IMG/VR virus record: IMGVR_UViG_3300048819_000110
Location: 1 to 41,275 of that record
Strand: one strand, 5' to 3'
Source: a virus
Taxonomy: Duplodnaviria; Caudoviricetes
Length of the DNA: 41,275 bases
Position 1 is the first letter of the stretch. Each line of letters begins with the position of its first letter. A program made the translations under genes and the position numbers. This document shows, piece after piece, positions 8,325-18,166 of the stretch. A model generated the notes under the pieces. It saw nothing but the letters and a program-made list of their open reading frames with translations. It searched no databases and was not told where the DNA came from.

Positions 8325-8557
8325 CCGTCACAATTACCGTCGAGAGGGAAGTTGAGGTTGAGATTGAATACACGCCAGCGTGCCGAGGTGCCCGCGATTC
8401 GTGCGGAGGGGTGCGCGGCGCAGGTCCGCCGCTTGAACCAGACACGCCGGCAAGCTGGGAATTCGTCAAGGCAACTTTGGACGGGATGGAAATCGAACTG
8501 ACTAGGTCGGAAATCAAAGAGGCCGAACAACAGGCCAGAGAGGAAGGTGAAGAATGA
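8321..8557 (+). CDS. Hypothetical phage protein
   Basis: ATGA-coupled on both sides. Confidence 0.75.
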   Translation: MTVTITVEREVEVEIEYTPACRGARDSCGGVRGAGPPLEPDTPASWEFVKATLDGMEIELTRSEIKEAEQQAREEGEE

Positions 8558-9501
8558 ACTTTACACCCAAACCAGCAACCCGAGTTGGGATTAACCCGCT
8601 GATTGTCGCGTACTCCGAAAGCGGTTGCGGCAAGACGTACTCCGCGCTCCTGCTGGCCCGTGGCATGGCCGGTCAATCTGGAAAGATAGTTGTAGCTGAT
8701 TCCGAATCAGGCCGCGCCAGCCTTTACGCCGACGTGCTGCCGGGTGGTTTTGATACGTTCGATCTGTGTTCACCGTTTTCACCTGATCGCTACATCGCCG
8801 CCGTGGACGCCATCGAGGCGAGTGGCGCGGTTGTCGGTATCATCGACAGCGGAAGCCACGAATGGGAGGGTCCAGGGGGAGTTCTGGACATGGCTGGCGA
8901 GATCGAGGAAAAGAGCGGCAAATCTGGCCTTCACTGCTGGAAAAAGCCGAAGTTTGAACACGCCAAATTTGTGCAGCGGCTTTTGCGGGTGAAAATTCCG
9001 ATCATCGTCTGCCTGCGAGCCAAGTACAAATCGCGGCAACTGAAAGAGAATGGCAAGACTGTCATCGTGAAGGACGAAACGACTTCACCAATTCAGGCTG
9101 AGGACTTCATTTTTGAGGCCACCTGTCACTTTGAAATTCTGCAAAATCATTCGATCATCCTGACGAAGTGCAGTCACCCATCCTTGCGCGATTGCTTTCC
9201 CAAGGACAAGACGACTCCAATAACCGAGGATCATGGGCGAATGCTGGCCGCGTGGTGCCGGGCCGCTGGAAATCCGCCAGCCGTCCAGCCGGCAAAAAAG
9301 ATTCCGTCCGAAGTGGACGCGCTAAAAAAAGAGGTTTGGGCAATGTTGAAAGCTAAAATCGGTCCAGACATCACGCCGGATTCGGCGAATCAATTCTTGT
9401 GGGACAATGAAATTTTAGACGGCGGAAATGTGGATCATGTGCTGTCAAAACTGAACGAAGCAGCCCTTCGGATCGTGATTGAGAAAGTGAAGAATTTATG
9501 A
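8554..9501 (+). CDS. Sak4-like AAA_24 ATPase / recombinase
   Basis: SESGCGKTYSAL, VADSE.GRASLYAD, IIDSGSHEWEG.GG. Confidence 0.88.
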   Translation: MNFTPKPATRVGINPLIVAYSESGCGKTYSALLLARGMAGQSGKIVVADSESGRASLYADVLPGGFDTFDLCSPFSPDRYIAAVDAIEASGAVVGIIDSGSHEWEGPGGVLDMAGEIEEKSGKSGLHCWKKPKFEHAKFVQRLLRVKIPIIVCLRAKYKSRQLKENGKTVIVKDETTSPIQAEDFIFEATCHFEILQNHSIILTKCSHPSLRDCFPKDKTTPITEDHGRMLAAWCRAAGNPPAVQPAKKIPSEVDALKKEVWAMLKAKIGPDITPDSANQFLWDNEILDGGNVDHVLSKLNEAALRIVIEKVKNL

Positions 9502-9749
9502 ACGAAAAAGATATAATTATAAAACTTGATGGAAATCAATGGTGCGCGCATCGTGGTGATTTTATCAACTTGCAAGAATCTACCGCCGCTTTCGGGAGCG
9601 ACCCAATCGAAGCAGTTTTACGCCTTCTGAAAGAAGAAACTCCAGAAAAAAAATGTTCCTGCCACATCAACCCGCCTTGCAATGATTGTGTTGAGCATGG
9701 TTTTGCACGGGATATAATCGAACAGTACGGCTCAAAAACAAACCTATGA
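9498..9749 (+). CDS. Hypothetical protein with CSCHINPPCNDC motif
   Basis: Coupled ORF; Cys/His cluster. Confidence 0.8.
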   Translation: MNEKDIIIKLDGNQWCAHRGDFINLQESTAAFGSDPIEAVLRLLKEETPEKKCSCHINPPCNDCVEHGFARDIIEQYGSKTNL

Positions 9750-10834
9750 GCATCGTCAAAGCAAAATTCGCCGGTCAGGTCATCCTGTACGAAGCTTACT
9801 CGCGCCAAGAAGAGGGCGTTAACCGGGGCGACCTTGGCTATATAATGTCGCGCAGCGAACTGACGGAGTTCGCCCTGAACCCGCGCCGATGGAAGGACGG
9901 CTACGGTCTGGAAAAGAAAGACACGAAATCGACCTTGTGGGGCAGCCTGATCGACTGCCTGTTGACCTCGCCGATCACGTTTGCATCGCGCTACGCTGTT
10001 TCGCCGGAAACTTATTTCAGCGAAAAAATGAAGTGCCCCAAGTGCGGGTCCATCACAGATGCGAAGTCTTGCCGTGCGTGCAAATGCGACCGCGAAAAGT
10101 TCATCGCGGAAAAACCTTGGGACGCGAAGGCCGGGCAATGCCAGGAATGGGAGGAAGGCGAAGAAAAAACCGGTCATATCGTAATAAAATCAGAGCTTAA
10201 GAAGCAGGCTGATTTAGCGGTTGCCGCCATCCGATCAAACCCCGTCACGGATGAGCTTTTTAGCACATCCGATTGTCAGGTTATGATTGTAGGCTTCTGG
10301 CACGATGAAGCTACGAATCTGGAAATACCCATCCGATGCCTGATCGACCTGGTGCCTCCGGTCTCCGGCCAGCACGGAAAAAAGATTGGTGACTTCAAAA
10401 CCGCCCGCGACGGAAACCCCGAAAAGTGGGCGCGTGTGGTGAATGACGAAGGCTACGACGTTCAAGCCGCTCTGATCATGGACCTTTACAAAGCCGCTCG
10501 ACCGGACGAGGACCGAGTGGATTTTATCCACATCATTCAAGAAAATGTGTTTCCGTTCCACGTCGTCAGTCCGATTCCCGCCCTATCCGCTGAATTCTTG
10601 GAGTGGGGCCGGGCGAAGTACAAAGCCGCGCTGAGGACATACTGCCAATGCATCGCCACTGGCATCTGGCCGTCTTACAAACCGGTCGGAATGCCTTTTG
10701 GTCAAACGCAGATCATCAGCCCTGATACGCTTTGGGTGTATCGCGAGACTGCCGGGATGGTCGATGGTCCGCAGCCTCAGACTCCATACCGCGAAGAACC
10801 CGAAACCTCCGACAATCCCGACGTGGGAAATTAA
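9746..10834 (+). CDS. RecE-like PD-(D/E)xK exonuclease (DUF3799 type) with Zn-finger insert
   Basis: SRSEL..F..NP, GSLIDCLL, RCLID.V...IGDFKT, GYDVQAA, W.SY; CPKC..CRAC insert. Confidence 0.85.
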   Translation: MSIVKAKFAGQVILYEAYSRQEEGVNRGDLGYIMSRSELTEFALNPRRWKDGYGLEKKDTKSTLWGSLIDCLLTSPITFASRYAVSPETYFSEKMKCPKCGSITDAKSCRACKCDREKFIAEKPWDAKAGQCQEWEEGEEKTGHIVIKSELKKQADLAVAAIRSNPVTDELFSTSDCQVMIVGFWHDEATNLEIPIRCLIDLVPPVSGQHGKKIGDFKTARDGNPEKWARVVNDEGYDVQAALIMDLYKAARPDEDRVDFIHIIQENVFPFHVVSPIPALSAEFLEWGRAKYKAALRTYCQCIATGIWPSYKPVGMPFGQTQIISPDTLWVYRETAGMVDGPQPQTPYREEPETSDNPDVGN

Positions 10835-10835
10835 T

Positions 10836-11177
10836 ATGACCGACCAAGACCAAATCGTAGCGTTGGCGGAGTTAGATGGACTTGAGCCAACATTTGTTAC
10901 CGGAACGAATGATATCGTATACCGGAACGATCCAAAAGAAAATGCGCGGCTTATAAAGTGGATGGAATTGCCAAAATGGCTTAACTCGCGCGATGCCAGC
11001 GTTGAGTTGCGGCTGAAGGTGTGCGGCGGGAAAAACGGGCGCGTCTTATGGCTGAACCACGCCCGCGTTATTCTCCATAGCAGAACCAAGCATGCGAGCG
11101 ATTTTGACGTAGCCGGAATCACGCCCCGCGAAGACTGCGAAGCGATCCTTCGCGCAACCGGAAAGTGGAAGGAGTGA
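10836..11177 (+). CDS. Hypothetical phage protein
   Basis: MTDQDQIVALAELDG...LPKWLNSRDA...CEAILRATGKW. Confidence 0.8.
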   Translation: MTDQDQIVALAELDGLEPTFVTGTNDIVYRNDPKENARLIKWMELPKWLNSRDASVELRLKVCGGKNGRVLWLNHARVILHSRTKHASDFDVAGITPREDCEAILRATGKWKE

Positions 11178-11178
11178 T

Positions 11179-11574
11179 ATGAAACAACCGTCACCTGAAG
11201 CCATAAAGGCCGCGATAATTACATTCAACCGCTCCGGCATGGCGGTAAAGCCGCTACTTAACGAAAGGGCCAAAATAATCGACGAGCAATTTGCTCCGTT
11301 GCGCGCCGAACTGGACAATCTTCGATCAGATAACAATCTAATGCGTGACACGCTCTCTAAAATCGCAACGGACTGCGGAGGGGCCGCCCCGCCCGCTTCG
11401 TCTGTCGAGTTTCTGTGCGAGGTGCGGAAGGAAAACCTTTTCTCGATACAGGATAATACGAAGCTCCGCGAGGCATTAAAACGAGTCCTAAAATACCTTC
11501 GCACGCCCGAGGAAGAATCTGCTGAATTCATCGAGCGCCTGATTGAGAAAGCACTCAACCAAACATCAACATGA
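11179..11574 (+). CDS. Hypothetical coiled-coil protein
   Basis: GGAG RBS; fits the operon. Confidence 0.75.
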   Translation: MKQPSPEAIKAAIITFNRSGMAVKPLLNERAKIIDEQFAPLRAELDNLRSDNNLMRDTLSKIATDCGGAAPPASSVEFLCEVRKENLFSIQDNTKLREALKRVLKYLRTPEEESAEFIERLIEKALNQTST

Positions 11575-11852
11575 AAACTGGAATCGAACAAATTTTAAAT
11601 TGGCGCATCAAACCCGAGCCTCCGCCCAAGAAGCTGCGCGAGTGGAGAGCTGAAGAAATTCAACTCGATGCGTGGTATGCCAAAACTGACGCATCGAGAA
11701 CAATGTACAAAACTCAATTAACTTATATGTCCAATGGCCAGCGTTACATTATGTTAAGAGGTACCGATTATAGCACAAATGATTTGTTGCGTCACTGGAT
11801 GCACTCCCTAGACCAAGGCAAAACCTGGCTCCCTTGCGGAGTCGAAGAATGA
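11571..11852 (+). CDS. Hypothetical phage protein
   Basis: ATGA coupling; C-term HS.D.GKTWLPCGV motif. Confidence 0.75.
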   Translation: MKTGIEQILNWRIKPEPPPKKLREWRAEEIQLDAWYAKTDASRTMYKTQLTYMSNGQRYIMLRGTDYSTNDLLRHWMHSLDQGKTWLPCGVEE

Positions 11853-11857
11853 ATTTT

Positions 11858-11977
11858 ACCCTCCCATCGCCGGGCCGGTCCTCGGGCGCTTCAAATGTCG
11901 CCCGCTGGTCCGAGGGAATCGGATGGCTGCACGGCCTGTCGCCGTTCGGTCGCCGGGGTCGGCGAGGGAGGGTTTTT
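11858..11977 (+). ncRNA. Candidate four-way-junction structured RNA
   Basis: Long closing stem enclosing three hairpins, followed by a T-run. Confidence 0.5.
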
Positions 11978-12014
11978 GCAATTCGGATTAACTGATTTGA
12001 ATCAATGAAACCAT

Positions 12015-12794
12015 ATGAACGAACAATGCGAAATAGAATCAGCTGAAGCGGTTGGAGAACTTCCTTTTTTGCAGCGGTCTGCTATCGGCGAGCTTGCCAG
12101 GCTTAGAGGCGAATTAGCACTGCACCGTGGCGTCCTGCGTGATCAACGCCGCCACTTTTGGGAGCGTGATCGGGCGTGGCAGGTTAAAAAGTTCGAAGCC
12201 ATTAAAGAGACCAAGCTGCGTATCCAAAAAGCTGGAAAATCTCTGACTGATTTCGTTCATCACCATAAGATTTTCATTGGCGATGTTCCGAACAAAGGGC
12301 GGCTTTGTTGGCATTGTTTCCTTGGTGGCCTGCCAATCGATACCCATTATTGTCAATTACCGGAGGGCCATGATGGAGCGCATCGCAATTCGGTTGGAAC
12401 ATGGGTTGGACTTCCGAAACATCCCGAGCCTAAAGTGGCAAAACCCATCATTCGGTTGATTATGGCTGAACGCACTGACAACATGGCCCGGTTCGGCAGT
12501 GAATGGGGAAAACGCAGCGGCCCTTCAATTCTACTTTTCCGAGATACTAGTTGGTATCAGCATCCATTCCGCCGCGCCTTGAGTTGCCTGGGTTGCGTTC
12601 ATTTGGTTATTTCAGATGACAAATACCATTCACCTCGGTGCGCGCATCCTGAAATGTTGTCGAAATACGGCTGCGCTCAAGCGGTTGCGGCTAGTGGCCC
12701 AAAATACCTAACAACACCATGTCAATGCAGCGCATTAACCAGCGAAGTTGAATCTCTGACCCAGCCACACCCTTGCCTAATCAAATCCCAATAG
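12015..12794 (+). CDS. Hypothetical Cys/His-rich protein
   Basis: CQLPEGHDGAH motif; C-terminal Cys cluster. Confidence 0.65.
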   Translation: MNEQCEIESAEAVGELPFLQRSAIGELARLRGELALHRGVLRDQRRHFWERDRAWQVKKFEAIKETKLRIQKAGKSLTDFVHHHKIFIGDVPNKGRLCWHCFLGGLPIDTHYCQLPEGHDGAHRNSVGTWVGLPKHPEPKVAKPIIRLIMAERTDNMARFGSEWGKRSGPSILLFRDTSWYQHPFRRALSCLGCVHLVISDDKYHSPRCAHPEMLSKYGCAQAVAASGPKYLTTPCQCSALTSEVESLTQPHPCLIKSQ

Positions 12795-12803
12795 CCGGGT
12801 TTC

Positions 12804-12873
12804 GATTGTAGCGCGTCGGCGGACGTTAATCGCCGGAATAAAATAGGAGGTGAAATCCTCCCGCGCTAAAATC
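12804..12873 (+). ncRNA. Candidate tRNA-like mini RNA
   Basis: Closing stem tagcgcg/cgcgcta, one hairpin, T-arm-like ggagg-tgaaat-cctcc. Confidence 0.4.
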
Positions 12874-12915
12874 CTTTAACCGTCAACGTTGGCAGTTTAA
12901 TTTTAGAAAATACAA

Positions 12916-13296
12916 ATGAAAACAGCATCTAAACAAAGGCTAGAAGCCGCCCGCATGGCGGCAGATCGTCTCCACGCCAAGATTGTTGGCAGGCGGCTTA
13001 TTATAAGCATTGGCGTCGAAACTCTCGCCTTTGCCGCCGAGGAATGTGATGGAAACCCAAAGGTTAAGATTTTGGATGCTAAGAAATTGGCATTGGATGT
13101 CATCCGCGAGATCCAAAAGGAGGATGAAGTTGGAGCATCAAAACTGACTGAATTATTTGATAATGCGGTTTATGCCGCGATGGAAAACGGGAGCGTAGCT
13201 TTTGCCGATTGCGAAAACTGTAAAGCCTGCGGGGAAACAATAACGAAAGGGGCTACATCATGCCCACACTGTTTAGCAACGGACGCTGATAACTGA
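12916..13296 (+). CDS. Hypothetical protein with C-terminal Zn ribbon
   Basis: LIISIGVETLAFA...EDEVGAS.LT.LFD.A; CKAC...CPHC. Confidence 0.8.
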   Translation: MKTASKQRLEAARMAADRLHAKIVGRRLIISIGVETLAFAAEECDGNPKVKILDAKKLALDVIREIQKEDEVGASKLTELFDNAVYAAMENGSVAFADCENCKACGETITKGATSCPHCLATDADN

Positions 13297-13373
13297 AATA
13301 GATCAATCGCTCGTCAGGTAGTCGGGCGGGTCTTCGTCGGGGTCGTCGGTCATAAATCAGGTGATAAGCGCCA

Positions 13374-13727
13374 TCAATTAGCTGGCCACATTCCCTTCGG
13401 GCAGGTAGTCGTGGTAAGATTCAAAAGCACCTCGACTGGCACTCGTCCGCCGCAACATGTTGACCCGTGACAAAGTCCGCCAACATTGTGCTCGCACGAG
13501 CCGCAGATGGCCCGCAGCCTCGTCTTTTGCTCCGGCGCGCGCAATGTGGCCTTGAATCCATGGGCCCTCAAAGTCGTTGCTGGCGGATCAACGCATCTGG
13601 ACAGAATCCCTCCAGCCACAATGTCTGGTACCAGCAATATCCCGCCATCCAATCGCCCGGCCAGCAAGAGGTCGTGCCACAAATTAGGGCATTTACTCTC
13701 ACGGATTGTTTCTAGCTCAAAAATCAT
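13374..13727 (-). CDS. Cys-rich small protein at the end of the tail operon
   Basis: R.AICGSCEH...C...CC...CPKGMW; ATGA coupling. Confidence 0.8.
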   Translation of the reverse strand: MIFELETIRESKCPNLWHDLLLAGRLDGGILLVPDIVAGGILSRCVDPPATTLRAHGFKATLRAPEQKTRLRAICGSCEHNVGGLCHGSTCCGGRVPVEVLLNLTTTTCPKGMWPAN

Positions 13728-15580
13728 GCGGGTGGGATCGGGATTGTTTGGCTGAATGCCGGCAACGCCAGCCCGTTAAAACTGAACGTGCATTGCACCG
13801 GCACATTAGCCGCCACGGAACCACCAGCGATGTCCGGTTCCATGTTAAAACCCGCGTAAGTTGAGCCTGCAATGCTCGCCACAGATGTGCATGGATTGAT
13901 CGGATCGTTCGACAGTTGAGGAGAACCTCCCACCACGGTGAATGCATAGGCGAAATTCTGACCCCATGCCGATGGAAAAACGAGGCAGCTCCCACCTGCC
14001 GGCCAAGAGACATCAATCGACAATTTATTGTGCCAGACTTTTGGCGAGCAGCCTCCGCGCTCGAAGTCCGCGACATTCAGGAACGACGCCACAATGACCG
14101 GATATAGCGGATAAACTAGTGTGCCCATGCTGACTCCATTGCGTGTCAACGCCAGAGTTGCCGTGATCAACGCGCTTGATGGGTCCGCCGTAAACGTGAA
14201 TAGCCCCACGCCCGTCGATGCCCCCGGCGACAGATCGATGACAATCGGCGCGGATGGCGAGGAGATTCCGCCAGTTGATTGCAATGTGACGGTGGTGCCT
14301 GTCAGATCCGCCAGCCCTGTGTTTTGGATATAAAACCCGATTGACCAGGAAGTGCCGCTGCCGGAGAAGCTGTAGAAACCCTGAGTGGCATTCAACTCCG
14401 GCGGATAATAAATAAGCTGAACCGTCGGATTGTTGTTGCTGTTCGCAGTGCCGGGTATTATCGCGGCCGGGAAAACCATCCCCACGATGCCGCCCGTGTG
14501 CGTGAATTGCGGGCTGTAGCTGCAACGCGCGTCCGTTCCCGACCACCCCATATGATTGGCGGCTGACGGATAGCCTGGGAATGGACCGCTCGACCCCGCC
14601 GTGAAAACTTGCACCGCAAACTCATTATAAACGGCCCAACAATTGCCACCCGACCAGCCAGTCATGCTGCCGCCTTGCGGCCAGACGCCGGCAGATCCCG
14701 GGTTAACCGTCGCGGTGGCCACCAAGAGATAAACATAATCAAACGTGACTCCCAACGCGCCGGCGCTGCCGTTACCAAACACGCGATCCCCAGAATGATA
14801 CGTTGTGCCTCCGGTTGGGTCCCAGACTTTGATTGCGCCCGTCCCCGCCGCAACAATCTCATAGGTCCCAGAAAAACAAACAACGCCCGGAAAATAATAA
14901 AGCGGCAACACCACACCACCGATCGTCGTCGTCGTCGTCGTGCAGCCATTCGTCCCGCCGACGAATTTTACCACAAACACCCCCGCCAATTGCGCAATCG
15001 TTCCAAACGGATAATATCCATCATTCGTGACATCCGTGATGGTCACAGTACCAAAGCAAATCTGGCTAAATCCCAGAGTCACACCAGCACTGCAACCGCC
15101 AAAGGTGATTGGCTGGAACGGTCCCCAAGTCAACTTGAAATTCCCGGTGACCCCGGACCCCCGCCCATCGACTTGAATATAATATGTCGTGCCCGAGGTG
15201 GCCAGAAACGCGATGCTCGCGCCATTGTCGGTGCCCCAGCCATCACCGACACTCTGATCCATGATCGCCGTGACCGCAGTCAGTGCATTCACCGCGCTGC
15301 CCGTGAAGACCTGGACGGAAGATTTGAAATTTGTGGCCAATCCACCGGTTTTGTCCAACGTCGTAAAAAAATATTCCGCCGTCGCCGGGCATGTCCACGC
15401 ATACCAAACCGTCGCGTAAGGGCCCACGATCGCGAGCGCGACCGGGTAGGACGGCCCCGGCGCATAATTATAATGTCCCGGCTCGCCAGATTCAACAGTC
15501 GCGCCCGAGTTGGTCCCCGTGGTCGAGCCGCTTGCACCACTGATCGTGCTCGCGCTGGCAAAATTGTCATTCGACGGCAT
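13724..15580 (-). CDS. Tail-tip / receptor-binding protein with PPC-like and Ig-like domains
   Basis: Last large gene of the tail operon; PSNDNFASA...GATVESGEP...VWYAWT...GTTYYIQVDG; Gly/Thr/Ser-rich beta composition. Confidence 0.7.
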   Translation of the reverse strand: MPSNDNFASASTISGASGSTTGTNSGATVESGEPGHYNYAPGPSYPVALAIVGPYATVWYAWTCPATAEYFFTTLDKTGGLATNFKSSVQVFTGSAVNALTAVTAIMDQSVGDGWGTDNGASIAFLATSGTTYYIQVDGRGSGVTGNFKLTWGPFQPITFGGCSAGVTLGFSQICFGTVTITDVTNDGYYPFGTIAQLAGVFVVKFVGGTNGCTTTTTTIGGVVLPLYYFPGVVCFSGTYEIVAAGTGAIKVWDPTGGTTYHSGDRVFGNGSAGALGVTFDYVYLLVATATVNPGSAGVWPQGGSMTGWSGGNCWAVYNEFAVQVFTAGSSGPFPGYPSAANHMGWSGTDARCSYSPQFTHTGGIVGMVFPAAIIPGTANSNNNPTVQLIYYPPELNATQGFYSFSGSGTSWSIGFYIQNTGLADLTGTTVTLQSTGGISSPSAPIVIDLSPGASTGVGLFTFTADPSSALITATLALTRNGVSMGTLVYPLYPVIVASFLNVADFERGGCSPKVWHNKLSIDVSWPAGGSCLVFPSAWGQNFAYAFTVVGGSPQLSNDPINPCTSVASIAGSTYAGFNMEPDIAGGSVAANVPVQCTFSFNGLALPAFSQTIPIPPA

Positions 15581-15581
15581 G

Positions 15582-15998
15582 TCAGAAAGGTCCCGATGAT
15601 GCCACGTAGATCTGCTGCGTGCCAGCCGCCGTGCAGAGCGACGAGGTGCTAATCCCCGGCGCCAGCAGATACCAATAAATCGTGCCCGTCAACGGCAGGG
15701 GAAATTGAGGGATTTGGTTCGCCGAGCCGCTCGCCGCAACCGTATTCGCGCAAATATAAGCCCCGGGGATAATCGTGATTCCTCCCACCGTCACTGTTGT
15801 TAGCACGATCACCACGCTGCCGACGTTGTATCCATGTGAGTTATTGTACGGCTCCACCGTCGGACTGCCGCTGGCGGATACTTGAGCCCAGACGCTCGTA
15901 GTCTTGTTGCCAGACGTAATGCATCGATACAACACGGGAGCTGACGGCGTCGTGATGTCAACGTAATAGCTGCCGACATAATAGTATCCTGCGCTCAT
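15582..15998 (-). CDS. Minor tail protein
   Basis: Synteny; aromatic beta motifs (GSYYVD, YNNSHGYNVGSVV). Confidence 0.7.
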   Translation of the reverse strand: MSAGYYYVGSYYVDITTPSAPVLYRCITSGNKTTSVWAQVSASGSPTVEPYNNSHGYNVGSVVIVLTTVTVGGITIIPGAYICANTVAASGSANQIPQFPLPLTGTIYWYLLAPGISTSSLCTAAGTQQIYVASSGPF

Positions 15999-18166
15999 AC
16001 GAGGGTTGACGGGCCTGGGACACCCGTTCCGGAAAATTCGGCCATCACGGTAGCCGAGGTCAACTGAGTTCCTGCCGACGAATCAATCTGCGCCACGGTC
16101 GATTGCCCCGCGGCGGGATTGTGCGTGATTGCGTTCGTGACGCCCGTGTTCGTCGTGTCGGGCGCGGAGAAAACCTGCAAGGCCTGGTCTGGGATTCCGT
16201 AAATGCTGTTTTCCCGCACGGTGTCCGATGGCATCACGACTGTGTTTGTCGGTGCCGGCGTGCCGGTCAACCGCTCGCTGGTGTCGATCTTGGTAAGGTC
16301 ACGATTGGCGAACACGTTGAACAACTGCACCAACTGACCGGGTTCCAAATGCTCAACCGGGCCGCATTTCACCGTGAAATTATCGTATGTGTTTCCGCTC
16401 CCGTCCAAGTGCATCTTGTATTCGCTAACTTGCAGCGTCGCGTTCATGGACGCCCAAGCGGCAGCCGCAAGTGAACCGGTCAGGTTTATTGCGTGCTTAC
16501 CCGGCTTGACCCAACTGCTGAACGGCTTTTCGACGATGGTATGAGAAAATGAATATTGCAGCGTGGCGAGGCTGTTGTAAACGCTCTGGGCGAGGTTTGC
16601 CGGAATGGCTTCCCCAGTGGTCAGATATTGCGTGAACGATTCGGTGATGCTGGCCGAATTACAAAGCTTCACTCGCACGGAATGAATGTGATCGTTTGTC
16701 TGCGAATTGTTGAATGATCCGCTACCGATTGCCTTCGTTTTCGTGTACGAAAAGTGAGCCGAAACCGTCACCTCGAGAACCGACAATGATCCGCCACCGC
16801 TGGCGGTCATCCACGCCATTGGCGCGCTTTGTGGGAGCAGCTCGTAAGCGTACGTCGTCAAATTGGGTTGGTGCGTCGGATTCCCGTTGCCGTCAACCGT
16901 GGTCGCATCCAGCACGGTGATGTCCACTGGCCCGCCGCCGTTGACCGTCGTGGAAAGCAGGGCAAGCGCACCGGTGCCGCTTGCCGGGATGTCCTGGGCC
17001 AAGGAAGGCACCTTTTGCCGCCACCAAGCCAGTGATGCCGGGTTAAACGCGGTCGTGGTGATCGCGCTCGTCGTCACGGTCATTTTTGGGCCGGCAAGGT
17101 CAATTGAGAAATCCAATGCCCGCAGCCCGCTGGCCGCCCCGACCGCGATTGTCGCCGTGCCCGTGCCCGTGATCCCGGTCATGGCCGTCCCCTTCACGGG
17201 CGACCCGCCGACCGTGTACGGCGCTGACGCTCCGCCAACGCTTTGCCCTTGGATGACTGGCCCCTGACAAAGCAGGTTGGCGTTTGGGTAGATGTCAACC
17301 GGAGTCGATAGCAAATAGCTTCCGCTGATGATCCGATAAAACAGGGCAACTCGTAGCGGTTGAAGTTCTGGCCGAGGCTGTAGGTCTGTCGCGATGTGGC
17401 GGCGTCCGCTTCCATCCGTGTAGGAGTAGGGCAGAGTGACTCCGGTTAGGTTTGAGCGCTGCCGGACATTGAACGTCGGCGGCGTGGTGGTGTAATCGAT
17501 CTCCGTAAAGCAATCCGGATGCAACCGAAGGCAATGACGGATTGCATCGCCGCACTTCGCGTTAGTCAGTGGATACCATGCCTGATAGAGCGCTGGATTT
17601 ATCGTCCCAACTTGCAGGTTTGCGCCGAGGTAGATTGCCCAGTTCAGAATGTCGGTGATCTGCTGGCCAGTATTAATTATCCCGTTCACCGGCGCCGGCG
17701 AGTACGGCTCCCCCGGATTCGGCTGAAACAGCACCAAGCTCGAAAATGGAACATAATTACTCGCCCCACCCGACGTCAGCAATTGTACCCACATTTGCTG
17801 ATAAGGGCAATGATCCAGGAAATACCATTCGTCATCAAATTGATATTGGCTCGATGATCGGTTGGGGTCCGCTGTGCCTGTGCGGTCGGTCCTGAGCCCC
17901 TGAAACTGCTGCACCCCGCCGGAGTAAGGTCCGGCACCGGTGCGACCGCTCCAAATAGTGATTCGCGACTCAAACGGAATTGCCGGCGCGACATTGGGAG
18001 GCACCCCAGGCAGCCGCAGCGTGACCGTGCTGGCCTTGTGCGACTGGAAGCGAGCTTGCCACGCGTCCGCAACGACCTTGCCGCCCTCAAGGGCTGCCAA
18101 GGCCGGGAACGACACCTCTTGCAACGTGTTCGACACGTCGTAATACTGGATTGTCCAAACACTCAT
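15995..18166 (-). CDS. Tail hub / tail-tip protein
   Basis: 723 aa beta-rich ORF directly downstream of the tape measure. Confidence 0.75.
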   Translation of the reverse strand: MSVWTIQYYDVSNTLQEVSFPALAALEGGKVVADAWQARFQSHKASTVTLRLPGVPPNVAPAIPFESRITIWSGRTGAGPYSGGVQQFQGLRTDRTGTADPNRSSSQYQFDDEWYFLDHCPYQQMWVQLLTSGGASNYVPFSSLVLFQPNPGEPYSPAPVNGIINTGQQITDILNWAIYLGANLQVGTINPALYQAWYPLTNAKCGDAIRHCLRLHPDCFTEIDYTTTPPTFNVRQRSNLTGVTLPYSYTDGSGRRHIATDLQPRPELQPLRVALFYRIISGSYLLSTPVDIYPNANLLCQGPVIQGQSVGGASAPYTVGGSPVKGTAMTGITGTGTATIAVGAASGLRALDFSIDLAGPKMTVTTSAITTTAFNPASLAWWRQKVPSLAQDIPASGTGALALLSTTVNGGGPVDITVLDATTVDGNGNPTHQPNLTTYAYELLPQSAPMAWMTASGGGSLSVLEVTVSAHFSYTKTKAIGSGSFNNSQTNDHIHSVRVKLCNSASITESFTQYLTTGEAIPANLAQSVYNSLATLQYSFSHTIVEKPFSSWVKPGKHAINLTGSLAAAAWASMNATLQVSEYKMHLDGSGNTYDNFTVKCGPVEHLEPGQLVQLFNVFANRDLTKIDTSERLTGTPAPTNTVVMPSDTVRENSIYGIPDQALQVFSAPDTTNTGVTNAITHNPAAGQSTVAQIDSSAGTQLTSATVMAEFSGTGVPGPSTLV

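Noticed and set aside
12690-12760. attC-like CTAAC motif
   Set aside because: No matching GTTRRRY arm or extended palindrome; no integron integrase
13303-13353. 16-aa acidic minus-strand ORF (MTDDPDEDPPDYLTSD)
   Set aside because: Too short to support without homologs
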